A DNA stretch of 64,000 nucleotides from Camelus dromedarius (GCF_036321535.1 NC_087436.1:49664001-49728000); one strand, 5' to 3'. Counted from the stretch's first letter, positions 13,650-26,754 are shown. Program-made: numbers and translations. The notes: generated by a model not told the origin, from the sequence alone.

Positions 13650-13767
13650 AGGTGGGGGTATAGCTTAGTGGTAAAGTGCCTGCCTAGCAAGCATGAGGTC
13701 CTGGGTTCAATCCCCAGTACTACCATTAAAATAAGTAAATAAACCTGGTTACCTCCCCCACCTCCCC
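13650..13767 (+). mobile_element. tRNA-derived SINE, camelid vic-1-like
   Basis: A box tagcttagtgg, B box ggttcaatccc, tRNA-Ala-like head, tail attaaaataagtaaataaacctggttacctcccc; TSD aagatactca at 13637-13646 and 13768-13777. Confidence 0.9.
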
Positions 13768-15244
13768 AAGATACTCATGGAACACACTGTCATACAAAAA
13801 ACACTAGTAACCCACCCCAATGGTATTCTGCCACAGAAAATTCTCCTAGTAGGATATATTGCATATGTGATGACTCAACCACATGTGGAAGCTTCCTCTA
13901 TATGTGGTAGAGCCTGGCAGTGACACCTACTACTCTTGATAGATAGGAAGCTCTTGATAATAGGATTCTAGGAGGATTTCCCTCCCTCATTCTTTTGTGG
14001 GAGTATCTTTATTCTGAACTATTGGCAAGCATTTGGGATATAGTTAACTGGGATTACAGGTTTAGGGTTAGGGAACTGAACTATTCTGAGTTGGTGAGGA
14101 GGGCCTGCTCCTGGGGGCACCTATGCTCTGCTCCCTTGTACTAATGAAGAAGTATGCAAGGGGCATTGCTTTGTCTTCCCAGCCTAGGGTCTCAGGGATG
14201 TCACCTCAACTTCTCAGGCCAGGCAATAAAAGATGTGGTAATGGAAGGGAATGGAGGGAACCCAGAGAGAGAAACAAAAGGATAAAGGCTATGGGTATCA
14301 GAGCCCAGAGCAGAAACTTTTAGACTTTTATCATGATTTTAAAATAATAATGTTTACTATTTACCAGGCAGACAACATACCATGGCTGAAATATAGTGAG
14401 GAGAAAATAAATTTTGTTTACCTCACAGCAATGCAAAGGAGTATACAAGTGACAATGTGAACAGTCAAATTTATGAGGGCAGGCAGATAAAATGAGACGT
14501 AGATAGAGGTGACAGGATGGCAATGTCATCCATGATCAGTAATATTCAAGTGCTTATGTGTTTTTTTCCATATTAATAAGACAATTGTCATTTTGTATTG
14601 AATTTCAATTAAGAGTGCATCCTAGAATGATGAAGCAAGTCAGGCAATTGGTCATAGTTACATGCTTCAAATTGGGTGAATAGATACAGATGGCATCAGA
14701 TACCACTGGCGTGTTGAATATTTGGGACATCTGTGTCATTACTCATGATTTTTTTCCATTAATGCATTAGGAAGGAATAGGACATTTTCTTTCTAAAAGA
14801 AGGCTCTCTGAATGGAGATGATAATTATCTATAGACATTTACATGGAATATCTGACACACAACAGGAGAAAATTAAGGTACATTCAGCTAACTATAAGTC
14901 TGTGAGTAGATGTATGAGCATGAAGTTAGATGCCTTGGAAACACAGTAACAGTCAGATCATGCAGAAGTAATGCAGTCAAATATACAGGTGGGGGTAATT
15001 GGAGTGATGTATCACACCCAAGACATAGCTACAAAGCTGGGCAGGGAGCAGTGGTGACCACTGTAGGTAGCAGCTGATTTACAGAAGGACACACACATAA
15101 TGGTAAGGGAAACGCAGGCTCCTGCAGAGGTACCATGTTGAAGGATAATGTCCAAAATACAAATCTGAGCTCCCTGATGCTAACCAGTCCTCTTCTAGGG
15201 TTTCCATTTCCTGGTTCTGGAGGGATATATTATATCCCTCCATT

Positions 15245-15861
15245 CTGAAAATCTGTGGAATGTTTTTGTCTGTCATTTTGAACATACTGATACACATAAC
15301 CCCCAAAAGCCATTATTAATGACTATCATCATCAATTAGCATCATCAAATAGTCACAGAAAGAGTACAATTATGAACATTCTGTTAAATTGGTTGAACAG
15401 AAGAGGTACTGCCATATATATATAGATTGGGTGTTTTGGAGGTAAAGGGGTGGGAGATACGAGGAGGAGGTCAGTGAAACCAATGAGTCCTGAATTAAGC
15501 TGAAACTAAATTGATTAGCAACAGCACAAGTAAGGAAAGAGAACTGATATGAATTGAATGTCTGTTGTGTACTAGACACTTTGTCATGCATTCTGCATAT
15601 TCTATCTTATTAAGTTAAAAAGCCATTTTAACCCTTTATTCCTATATTTTTCTTAAAGTTGCTCTCAAACATCACCTGAGAATGTCTTCTCTGTCCTTTA
15701 AGCTGTGCTGAAAACTCCTCGAATTTTTGTCTGTCATTTTGAATAGACAAAAAAATGCCGTTTTAATGACCATCATCATCACTTAGCACTTATCAAATAT
15801 TCACAGAAAGAGTGCAGTTCTGAACATTCTGTTAAATTGGTTGAATAGATCTGGCACTGCC
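15245..15861 (+). repeat. Dispersed direct duplication (copies 15245-15413 and 15708-15861)
   Basis: Exact shared blocks tttttgtctgtcattttgaa (20 nt) and tgaacattctgttaaattggttgaa (25 nt, at 15373 and 15821) with colinear similarity between them. Confidence 0.9.
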
Positions 15862-15884
15862 TTAGAGGCAGCTTAAAAATAAAA

Positions 15885-17080
15885 TTTAATGCTATGTTCT
15901 AATTAAGAAAGTAATATATAATAATATAAAAAGACTGGAAAATATTGAAAAGCATAAAGAAAGTGAGTCATTTAGAAGACTCTCATCCAAATTTGACCAT
16001 TATATGTATTTGACCGAATTTGACCAATAGTTATGTATTAGTGCATTTCTAATCATCTTCACATATGCATGCACATTTTAGCATAATTGAGAGCATATGA
16101 TACATACAGTGTTATGTTTTACTTTTTCATTACCCTTTTAAATAATTTCTTGTATTAAGAACGTCATAAACAATTTTAATGTTTACACATGGTATCCAAT
16201 TTGATATGTGTGCTATATATTACTTAACCAGTCATAAGATACTTTTTTCCCTAATACTTTGTTTCAAATTATCCTGTGGAGACTGTCTTCCTTTCTTCCT
16301 CTTATTTATTTGTTCATTCAACAAATTGTTACCAAATGCCTTTTATGTGTCAGGGACCCTATGCCAGGTGCTGTGTCAGGCTTTGGAGGTACCCAACTGA
16401 ATAAATGAGGAAGATAGCCTATAAAAACAATCAGTTGCAATAAAGTATGATAAATGCTAATAAAATGTTAATATAAATCTATGTTTACACTTCTGAACAT
16501 ATATCGATTATTGGGTCAGTGTGAATAAACATTTTGACAGCTCTAGATGTGCTGCCTTGTTGTTTTCCAGAATGTTCCTCTCTATTCACAAATGCACTGG
16601 CAATGTGCTAGGATCATATTTCTCACCAAACCACTCTCAGTGTATTATTAACATACTTGATATATATTTGATAATTTGATAAGTAAAAATTATATTTTGT
16701 AATTGACTTATTTCTTGTCTCATTAGTAAAGTGAAATATATTTTCATATCCTAGTCAGCTTTTTCTGTATCTTCTCTTATGAACTGTTAGTCCCTTATCT
16801 TTTCATATTATCTCATTAGAGCATTAGTGTTTTTCTTATCAATATGTATGTTCTCTTTATACAGTAAAGTTATTTACCATTTTTGCGATATGGTTTTAGT
16901 AAATATCCATACTCAATTTGTATGCCCTTTAATTTTGTTTGCATTTTTGCTACACATTAAATTTAAAAATTTAAATGCTTATTTTGATATTTTATTTTGT
17001 GATTTATTCCCACATAGAATTGTATATTTTTTCGTAAGCATTAAGTTGAAGGATGTATTTAAGTGTTTCTCGTTCACATA
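15885..17080 (-). mobile_element. Very old L1 (L1ME-like) 3' relic, interrupted by L2
   Basis: Decayed antisense L1 motifs (ttgttttccagaatg; ataatttgataagtaaaaattatattttg; tcttctcttatgaactg). Confidence 0.55.
16300..16480 (-). mobile_element. L2 3'-end fragment
   Basis: ttcattcaacaaattgttaccaaatgccttttatgtgtcagg...atgccaggtgctgtg is the antisense L2 terminus. Confidence 0.7.
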
Positions 17081-17089
17081 CAATTTTTT

Positions 17090-17540
17090 TTCAGTTGTAA
17101 AGACAGTTTCTCATCTAGGTCAGCAGAAGGTACAGAGGGCTTATTGACTGGTACTGGGAGGGGCCAAGGTAGACATCAGGAACCTAGGGAGCTCTGGCAG
17201 CACTGGTTCTAACATCTTCCTCTGGTGGAATCTCAATTATCTGCAAGTATTAATTCCCCACTTCTAACTTGGCCTTGACATGATCCCGGGTGGCCCTGAC
17301 CTACTTCAGTCTCTCCCTCTCTTTATTTGTACTTTTCATGTCCGATCCTAGTGCTAACTGATTGAGGCTTTCCATGTTTCCCTATTCAGATTCCAAAGAG
17401 CACAGGCCTGTTTCATCTTTATGCACCAGATCTCAATCTAGATTGCTGGTCAGTCTATGGATTGGCTGCTCTTGAGTTGGGGGTCCACTCTTTGGCTACT
17501 CAGCTGGGACAAATAGGAAAGGAATGTGTGGCCAGTGAGT
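17090..17540 (-). mobile_element. Old MaLR (MLT1-type) LTR fragment
   Basis: ttcagttgtaaagacag...ttattgactgg...gattggctgctcttgagttgggg...tcagctgggac resembles antisense old MLT1. Confidence 0.45.
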
Positions 17541-17659
17541 CAAGTTGAACAAGATTTGTCTGTGGACTGGCCAGTATCCCTTAGAATGGACTGTGGGTAT
17601 TGAAAGTCCTGAGATTGACATGGTGTCAAAAAACAGTTGCAGATAGGAATGTAATTGGG

Positions 17660-17815
17660 CATTCAGCAGATTATAGTACTTAGCTCTGCTGCTAGCCAGT
17701 TCTGAGTCCTTATTCAAATCCCTTAACCATTCTTAAAGCACAGTTTGGTCACCTGAAAAGTGCATAATTATATAGTCTTTAAGGTCCATTCCAATTCCAA
17801 AATATCTGTAGTTCT
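17660..17815 (+). mobile_element. MIR/MIR3-like fragment
   Basis: agctctgctgctagccagttctgagtcct...cccttaacc...cagtttggtcacctgaaaa...tctttaaggtccattccaattc. Confidence 0.55.
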
Positions 17816-18432
17816 TTTATACAGTATTAAACCATCTGAAAAAAAAAAAAAGGAAAGTAGTTCTCTCTATTCTGTTAAGCTGCTGGATTAGATGAGTAAT
17901 CAGGGAGCACTATTATCGCTTAGCTGTGAACTGAATCAAACAACATATTTCAGAATATTTAAGTCCTGAGGTAGTTTAGAGAACTGATATTCAGGAGGAA
18001 TAAATATGCAGAGTCCTTGGTTGGTAACAAGGCAGTTCAGTTACTAATGTGATATGAGCAACCCATTTATTATTTTAGTTATTTCCTTTGAACTCAATAA
18101 TAAAATTTCCTAAATTCCTGAAGAGAACAATCAGTACAAAATGCCCCTCAAACTACCAAACCTAACACTTAAATACACAGTCAGTAATGTCAACAGGAAA
18201 ACCTTTAAGGGCAGGTTTGTTATTGGTGGACGATCAACGCTAGTGGCTGTCAGAACAACCCCTGAATCTCAGGAACTTAGCAAAATAAGTGTTTATTTCT
18301 GGATGGTATCATGGTTGGATATTTGATGTGTGGCCTTTTGCATAATGATTACAGAATCTTGGCTCTTTCCAACCTTGGCACTGCTGTCTTCCAGGCCTTC
18401 TTCGAAGTTCTCTGCAGGTTTCTTTCCTTTAG

Positions 18433-18775
18433 ATGGCAACAAGCAAAGAGTGAATGAGAGGAACTCGGGGTCAGGCTTGGAAGAGGTACAGAATCTTTCA
18501 CTCAAAAATCTTTCGACAGGATGCAGGAATACAACCCTACCCTGACTGCAACGGTGCTTGGGCCATAGAGTCTCCCTGGGTACCAGGGGAGGAAGCAGGA
18601 TTGATAACATGTAGTTGATCTTTGCCACACTGGGTGAAATGTGAAATATATGCTAAAATGAAAACTCAAGGGAGCGCACGAAATGAAGTCTCTCACCATG
18701 GCTGCACTGATAATGAAATTGTCGAAAGCAAGTTTATTCCTTAGAAACTGAAAATAAACTTTCATCTAGAAATAG
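18433..18775 (+). other. Candidate alternative terminal exon (acceptor to AATAAA)
   Basis: Acceptor tttctttcctttAG at 18431-32, AATAAA at 18753-58, non-repetitive GC-richer block. Phase-2 join to 982-1052 reads RWQQAKSE*. Confidence 0.25.
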
Positions 18776-20319
18776 AAAGTCATTTTCCAAGATAGTTTTG
18801 GGTAAGTCTTATTAAGCATGGAAAAATGTTGATAAAGTTTGCATGAAGTGATTACATTTTGCAGTAGATTTTGGTGATGTTTTCCCCAAAGTAAATGTTT
18901 TCATAAATTCTTTACAACTGAATTTTTAGATCTCAGGGAAATAGATGTCAGGTGACTGCCAACAACGACAAGGATGCTTTAATATTGGTAGAGATATGTA
19001 CACATCGTAACAAAGGGCTCTGTAGGACACTCAGGGTTGCTACATGATATTATTTTGTACACAGATGTCAGTCACCTTTTTAGTTTTTATTTTCTTAGTT
19101 TCACATAAGAAAACTAATGACACACTGTATTTCTTTTATCCTCTAACTTCTTTGATCTTAGTAGCTGGACTTATTCCTCATGGTTAACTTTTCCTTCTCC
19201 TCCTTTCTACTCATCCTCCATCCACACTCCTGAAGAGAGTTAAATACTTAACCCCTGTTTCTACTATCCTATCTGTCTTCATGAATTTTTTCATAAGACT
19301 TCCAGTAGGCTCCTTAGCAGCTTTTCCTTAAGCTATATCTCTATTCCCAGTACCACTGTGACTTGACTATCAGTATCAGTATCCAATAATTCAGAGTATA
19401 TTAAGAAAAACAAGAATGCTAATTAGATGACCCATACACATTCTCTCATGCATAGGCAAGTAATATTGTTGTTTTGAATGCAGGAGTAGTTTCTGGCCAC
19501 ATTCAGTTGTGTCATGAAATGCCGTGTTAACCAACAAAAGAAGTCAGTACTAAAATTCTAATTTGAAATGATTTTGATTTTTTGTAGTGTTTTTTTTTTT
19601 TTTTCTGGCTGATTGACCAATATATGTATATTTAAATTTCTTTAGTTTCCTAGATTCAATTGTTTGGGGCCTGAAGGTGACGTTCTTTTTACTCAGTGTG
19701 CTTGACATAATTCTTTTCTTCTTATGGATAGCATAGAAACAGTGCCTTACATCTTTTTCCTTTCAGATACAGTTACTGCCTTGTCAGAAAAGCAGACTAT
19801 AAAGCGTTTTCTCCATCATCTTGGTTGGAAACCCATTTATCAATTAATAGTCTTCCTTATGTTGTCTTCATTTTGTCACAATAAACCATCAACAATTCCA
19901 AAGAATGCTGCAATTAAAATATCTCTAAAGAATCATGGTTATTATGGATACTGCTGTGTATTCTGCACTGTGGAATGGTGCATTATTGTGAGATCTGATA
20001 TTCATCCACCCTTACCCCTATTTAGACCCTATTAGGAAAAATATTATGAAATTCACATTTCAACTTCACTTCCACAATCCTGAATAATAACATCAAGTAC
20101 CAGTTCCTAATGAAGTCATTTGGTATCGAACTTTTAGTGAGAGTGTCAGTATAATATTTACAAAGTTCTATGATATCAATAAATAAATCCACCAGCTTAT
20201 TCCCTTATGTTAAGAATCATTAATGTAGCCAATTTTACAACTGATCTACACTAACTGAATACCTACAAAATACAAAGCATTGTTTATCTTGCCTATAAAA
20301 AATAGGCAATAACACACAT

Positions 20320-20650
20320 ATGCCCAATGTATTTATTTATATAATGTGTATGAATAAGTATGGGCAGTCATACGATGGAATGCTAATTAACCATTAAATG
20401 ATTTTTTCAGATTGATACTTGCTAATGTGGGAACTATACTCCATATGTTTTTAAATGAAAAGTTAGCAGGCTCAAATTGATATGCAAAACATAATTTTTA
20501 AAAAAAGTCTGATGTAAAGATATATTGGAAGGATGTATAGTAAAATTTTATAATTTTCTCTGGGTTATTGTATTATAGGCAATTATTTCTTCGTGGTCTT
20601 TATTTTCATTTCTGTTTTAAGCATGTTACATGTCTACAATAAGAGGAAAT
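20320..20650 (+). mobile_element. Old L1 3'UTR relic
   Basis: gaataagtatgggcagtcatacgatggaatgcta...taattttctctgggttattgtattataggcaatt. Confidence 0.55.
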
Positions 20651-20729
20651 GATAAATGTAATTAGAGGATGGAGTCTAGTCTCAGAAATGGCATGGATAT
20701 AAATAAGTATGATACTTGGAAGAGCTACA

Positions 20730-20880
20730 GATTCATTTGTTTATTCAGCGATTTTATTTAATATTTACTGTTTCAGACATTGGACTAAGTACTAAGGATG
20801 CAGCCTCTACACTCAAGGGGTCTGTTGATTTGTAGCAAAGTGTTAGGGCAGTTCAGAGAAAGGACAGATTACTTTGGTTG
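20730..20880 (-). mobile_element. L2 fragment
   Basis: attcatttgtttattcagcg...tttactgtttcagacattggactaagtactaaggatgcag. Confidence 0.55.
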
Positions 20881-22678
20881 ACGTTCCAGACTCCAGGTTC
20901 TTATGATACCGGAAAACCTTCAGGGTCGTCATTCACATGGAAAACTTCATCTCCTTGTAAATGACATCAAAGAAGCATCTGAAAAGCGTCACAGCTGCAA
21001 AAAAAGACCCAATTTGGGAATTTTTTAAATGATGATTAGACTAATAGAAAACCCATTTTTCTATTTCATGCATAAAATATTTGAAGGGGAAAGAGAGGCT
21101 TGGGCATGCTACTACCTCAAATATTTGTTGATAATGGAAAGTTACAGTTTATAAATATTGAAGTTCTCCCGCACTTTAATGTGCTAGAGCCTCTTGGATA
21201 TAGACTGCTAGAAGGCTTGCCCCCATGTTTCCAGTTTCATTAGAAGCTAAGAGGACGTCCTACGTCCTAGGCTCTGTCTCAGGTCAAGAAGGCAGTGGGG
21301 ACTGGAGCGGTGTTAGCTGTTGCTGCCCCCTCTTTGTGGTGGTGTAGACCATGAGAGTATTTCCTCTTCCATGGCCACTGGCAATCTGGCAATGTGAATG
21401 AAGGACTGCTCACCATATTCCCTTGGTGCAATATTACAGTACTAAGCTTGAAAAGAAAATTGGTTTTCACAGAATAAGAGGTGATATTTTGTATACCAGC
21501 TCATCTTCTATTATCCAAACCTAGTTCATTATCTAGTGGGTGGGAGTTTATTTGCTTAAAATTAATCCATAATTTTTAGTGTTTCTTGTATAAACTTCTT
21601 TGTGTACTGCCTCAAAATAGATTTCTGTATGTCTGCTATGGTGAAATTTTAAACAATGCAATTAAGGCACCAAATAAAGTGATTCAAAATTGTGAGCTGA
21701 CCTAACTCGAAAATAATATTAATCCATCTACCTGGGATGCTAGCTTGCCCAAAGTTAGGGCCACAGCTTAGATAATTTTTAAGTTCAGTTATTTACTAAG
21801 ATAAATTTCATTTATTTGATCATTTTTCAAATTGTAATTCAATTTTGAACTTCTTGATATCTGGTTGTCTTGCACAACAGTGTGTTCTGAATTTACTCTT
21901 TTGATTCAAATGCATAATCAGTTTGATCTCCAGGTGCAGATGGATTGTCTTTTGGCCTATCTGCCTGATGCACAGGGCAGCAAACTTCTGTCAAAGCATG
22001 TGCTTCTTAATACACAATACTTAATGTTGCAGTGAAATAAGGAAGTGATTTGCTTGCTTTTATACTAAATACTCTGTAATTGGACTATTTCTGTATGTTT
22101 TTCAAGATCTACAGTGAACCTGCCAATAACAGGTGTGTTAATCAGAACTTTGTAAAGGATATAGTCTTCAGAGGAGATGATGAAACATGGCTGTAGGTAG
22201 AAAGAAAAGGACTTGCAGAATTATACCATTAGGCCACATGTCTCCATCAGCAGAACAGAAACTTATAACAAGGAATAAACTGACACATCTGACAGTAGTT
22301 GGTAGAAATCTTAAAAGAAGCACAGACCTGGTGTGCAGAAGCATTTATGGATAGCTTGGTAGGAGGTGGCATGGTGACATACCAGAGCCCCGAATGAGGG
22401 AAGCCACAGACTCTGCTTCTCAGCATCATTGGGATTTACCTTGAGTGTTCAGTCACGCCTGCTATTTTCAGGCTACTCAAAAGGTTTCTTCTCTAACTTT
22501 TCCCAACAGAATTAGGCCTTTCCCTAATTCTGACCAAGAATGAAGTAGGCATTTTGCTATCAAAATGGTGGCAGACAAATGTTTTGACCAAACAGTCTTT
22601 TCAGCCTGATAGAATGATGAATTCTGTAGGACTGTGGTCCATTTCAGGTCCATTTCATGCTTTCTATGCATGTCTCAA

Positions 22679-22702
22679 TGTGTGTGTGTGTGTTTGTGTG
22701 TG
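22679..22702. repeat. (TG)n microsatellite
   Basis: tgtgtgtgtgtgtgtttgtgtgtg. Confidence 0.9.
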
Positions 22703-23089
22703 AGCATGTTCTAAAACAGAGATAGAGACAGAAAAATAGATGAAGAGATAGAGACAGGGAGAGAGGGAGGGGAAAGAGTCCAGCTGTGAAACCTGGTGTG
22801 GACTAGAACTAGATTTCTATATTTAAGAGTAAGCAGAATAATGATCATTTGTCCAGGTTTCTAGAAAGGTTTCCCTGCAAAGTCAAATAATATTCCTAAT
22901 TTGTCAGGTTCTGAAAATTCATATTTTAGGGATTTATTCCTTAGACCTAAAATTTTGTTTTTTTATTGTAGTGATTTCACACCTCAATGTGAAATAATTT
23001 GCTATAACTTTTTCTGCTTTTGCACATTCAGTTAATTTTCATGAAATACTCTTCCCTTACTTTTACCCCCCACACCTAATGGTTCAAGA

Positions 23090-23352
23090 ACTGTTTTAAA
23101 TGTCTCTTCCCATTTAAAACCTCTGAATCTTCTGAATGAAGCTGATATCTTTCTTTTATGAGTCATATATGTACATAGTATCTAAATCTAATTATTATAT
23201 TTATCATATTGGATTGCATTTATTTTGTATATTTCTCTCCATTAGACTATGAGTTATTAAGTGTATACTTTATGCCTTACACGTCTTAATAATTCTAGCA
23301 TCTGGCACTTAACTTTTACAAATTGTTCATTGAATGAATACATGATTAAATG
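23090..23352 (+). mobile_element. L2 3' fragment
   Basis: tctctccattagactatgag...tctagcatctggcactt...ttgttcattgaatgaatacatga. Confidence 0.65.
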
Positions 23353-25149
23353 AGTTTGTGTTGCCAGAGAAGGGGAAAGCTTCAAGCACTGAGAGAGCAT
23401 TCAGAGGAAGAGAGGTAAAGGAGAAAGATACTGCTGTGTGCACTGAAATGAATTGCACTTACTTCACAGTTTCATTTAGGACCAATCCTTTGTGCCAGCT
23501 ACCACCTGGGCTGAGCTCTGTGTACCTAAAGTCAGACCCTTGATTTGCAACTAGGGCTGCTATTTGCAAAACCTGTAGGAGATTCTGGCTCTTGGAGTCT
23601 GCTGAAAGCCTTTTCTTAAAAGAGCTTTTCTGCTGTTGCAACCATCTATTATGATTTGTCTTTTGTGGTAATTTCCCAGAAGTTTTCACCAAATTGTTTG
23701 TTCAATTAATCCTGGAAGAATTTTTTCTTTAGTAGCCAAAGAGATGGCTTCAAAGTATTGAGGAGCTAGAAGAAATAATGTCTTAGATATGTTTTAGACT
23801 TCTGAATGGGGGAGGTAATTTACAACAGTTCTTGAAGTTAATGACTGTCACTGTCAACAGAGGCAACTCTGCTATGACATTGGGGTTATCAAGGTAAAAG
23901 TTCTGGGTTGATTTAAAAATGGGCATTTGTAAAAATATACAAGTAAATCTTATTTAAAGAGTTATTTCCACAGGAATACTTTATCTGTAATTAAAAATCT
24001 TCCTGAGAGAGAGAGAGAAGCGATTTTCAACTTACTTAAGTAGATTTTATAATGTACTCTGGAGAACTAGAAAGTAGTTCAAGGTCAGTGTTAGGGTTGT
24101 CCTTCACTGTCATAGCAGATACTGCCAAGCCATGGACTACTTCATACGCTCGTGTGAAATGAAGATCTAGATGACTCACGATGCTCTGTCTTCCTCTTGT
24201 ATCTGTTCCTGCTTATTCACAAGAGGCACTGGTTGAGCCCTTTACCTGTTTCTTGTCTACTTGGTGCCTGGAAATGTAATAGTAAGGGGTTTTATCATGT
24301 TACATTTAGGATTATTTAACTCACAACTTTGATAATTTTGTTATTCCTCAGAGATTTATATACATAAACTGGCCTCCCCAGCAAAATAGAAAGTTCTCTT
24401 AGAAGTTTGGGATCACGGTATACACTTTTTGCTAATACATTGTGCTAGGTACATAGAATCTTGTGGAACTGAATTAGTTTATAAAAGCTAGCCCCAAATG
24501 GAGTGTTGAAAAGGCAGAAGCAGCAGCAAAGTTGATCTTTGTTTAAGGATAAGATAAAATAATTGGGAAATCTCCCCCAGTTTTTGACAAATTAATGGTC
24601 ATTGCTGGATTCTACTCCCTGGATATAATTCTGTGGTTGCTACAGAAGTGATGTTATGGTTGATTCTGAGAAACTAAGACTAGCAGATTTAGAATTCTTA
24701 TAAAGACATAAGCTAATTGGTTTTCGTGTAAGGAAAGAACAACCTAGATATGAAAAGGGCTGGGTACAAGGACAACAGAATTTGGGGGAGGAACTTTTAA
24801 GTTGTAATTCCTGCTTTTCCTCACATTGCCCTGCATGGCTTATTGCCTACAGTAAGTAGCAAGAAGCAGTACCACCAGCCCAGCACCTGTGACAGATGGT
24901 GGGAAAATAGCGGATGGAACTTTGCTTAGCTGTAGTGGAAGGTGATTAACAACGGATTCTCAGGCATTTTGGCTGGCTCCTGAGAATCTCCTCCCCACCA
25001 TTCCTGCCAGGACTAGAGAGGAGGAAAGGAGGATTCCCTGAGGGTAGGGTTGCTGTGGGGAGGGATACACAAAGAGTGGTTCAGCCCAGGCCGCAAAGTT
25101 AGAAAATCTCAAACTTGAGGTGAATCCCTCTACTCTATAGCACATTAAG

Positions 25150-26700
25150 GGCAATTAGTGGACCAAAAACTTAAATATAAACAAAAACTCAATAAAAGGG
25201 AAGCATAATCAATATTCTCAAAGAGATAAAAGAGAATATCTGAAAAGATAAGCAGAATAATGTTTTAAAGAAAAAAATTAATGACTCAATATAAGGATTA
25301 AAATATGAGAATGAGTACAACTGGGTAATAAATTAGTGACTAAAGATTAAGTTAAGGAATCCAGGAAAGTTATCACGAAGGGACAAAAACGACTAGTAAA
25401 ACAAGTTTAGAGATGTGGAGGATGTGTGTACAAGGGTTGACTTTCACATTAAAGGTTTTCCAGAAAACTGATTGTGAAAAAAAATGGAAAGGAGGAATTA
25501 TTTGAAGAAATAATGACCTAGAATCTCTAAAAATTAAAGAAAGATGAAGATTGAAAAGTTTTATAGTACCAAACCTTTAGGACAATTAAACATAAACATA
25601 TTAAAGTGAATTTTAAAATATCAGAGACCTTTCTTAAAGCTCCCAATAGAAAGAGCAGATTATTTTAAAAGAAACAAGAAATGGACCAATAACATACTTC
25701 TCAATGTTAATCTTATATACAAAATACATATAGCATTTTATTTTGTGTATGAGGAGTAACATTTTTAAAGAGTCACAATAAAAGAACTTTAAATCCAGAC
25801 TACTATATTCAAATGTGAAGAAAATATACTTACATATTTTTAGACCAACAAGAACTCAGAAGTTTCATCAAGCAAATGGCTCTTTTGAAAACTCTTTCAG
25901 AAGTACACCAGTAAGTTGTCAAATAACCCTAGGAAGATCTAAGAAATATATGAAATGTAGGGATGAGGAAATAGCTTAATAAGTTTTCTTGTTGTTAAAC
26001 CTAAAATCCATAAAAGATCCATAAATCTCAGACTGAAAAGTGAAGAAAATACAAACATGGTGGGAGTGAGGAGTATGTTATGAGAGAGTTTAGATGATAA
26101 GGATATTGATAAGCATAACAATTAGGTAGAAAAGAAAAAAAATTAATGCAGCTATATCTCATTTTACTGGTAACCAAAAGAAGAAAGAACATGCAACATT
26201 AACTTTCATACAAGAAGAAGAAACTTGATATGTCCAATGGAAAGTATGAAAGGAGAATTTAAGTAGGGTATTGAAAATATGAAACAAAAAAATGAACAAA
26301 ATATTAAGACAGAAATGAATGCTAGCAACAATTGCAATAAAGGTAAATGTGTTAAATTCACTGACAAAACAGATCTTAGAGTGAATTAGAAAAACATTAT
26401 CCAACAATATTTAAAATATAAAAGAAACACTTCAAGTAAAAGACAATGTAAATTGAGAATAAAGATGGGACTTAGAATTACAAAAGAAAGTTGAATTAGG
26501 TTATTAGAACCAAGCATCTCATTGTAGACAACTAAAAAAAGCAGATGAAATATTAAAATTATTATTATAATCATAGAAGAGTTGATAAGACAAGGCCAAA
26601 ATTGAAGGGAAAATGAGAACCAAGAGAAGTAACCAAGTACAAAAACTATTTTGACTAAAATATGCCAAATTTGAACTATTCTTCTACTTTGAGAACTGTA
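25150..26700 (+). mobile_element. Old L1 ORF1 to ORF2-start relic
   Basis: A-rich; atttgaagaaataatgacctagaatctc (ORF1 motif) and caataaaggtaaatgtgttaaattcac (start of ORF2 endonuclease region). Confidence 0.65.
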
Positions 26701-26754
26701 CTTTTTTGGTTGAGGTGCTTTGTACACACATGCAGAAATCTCGACATTTCTGGT

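Noticed and set aside
13650..13722. tRNA-Ala-like sequence as a real tRNA gene
   Set aside because: Followed by a SINE-specific tail and flanked by a TSD; stems are degenerate, so it is a SINE head
18293..18765. Minus-strand ORFs of 111 and 87 aa as a single-exon gene or pseudogene
   Set aside because: No recognisable homology; lengths within chance range
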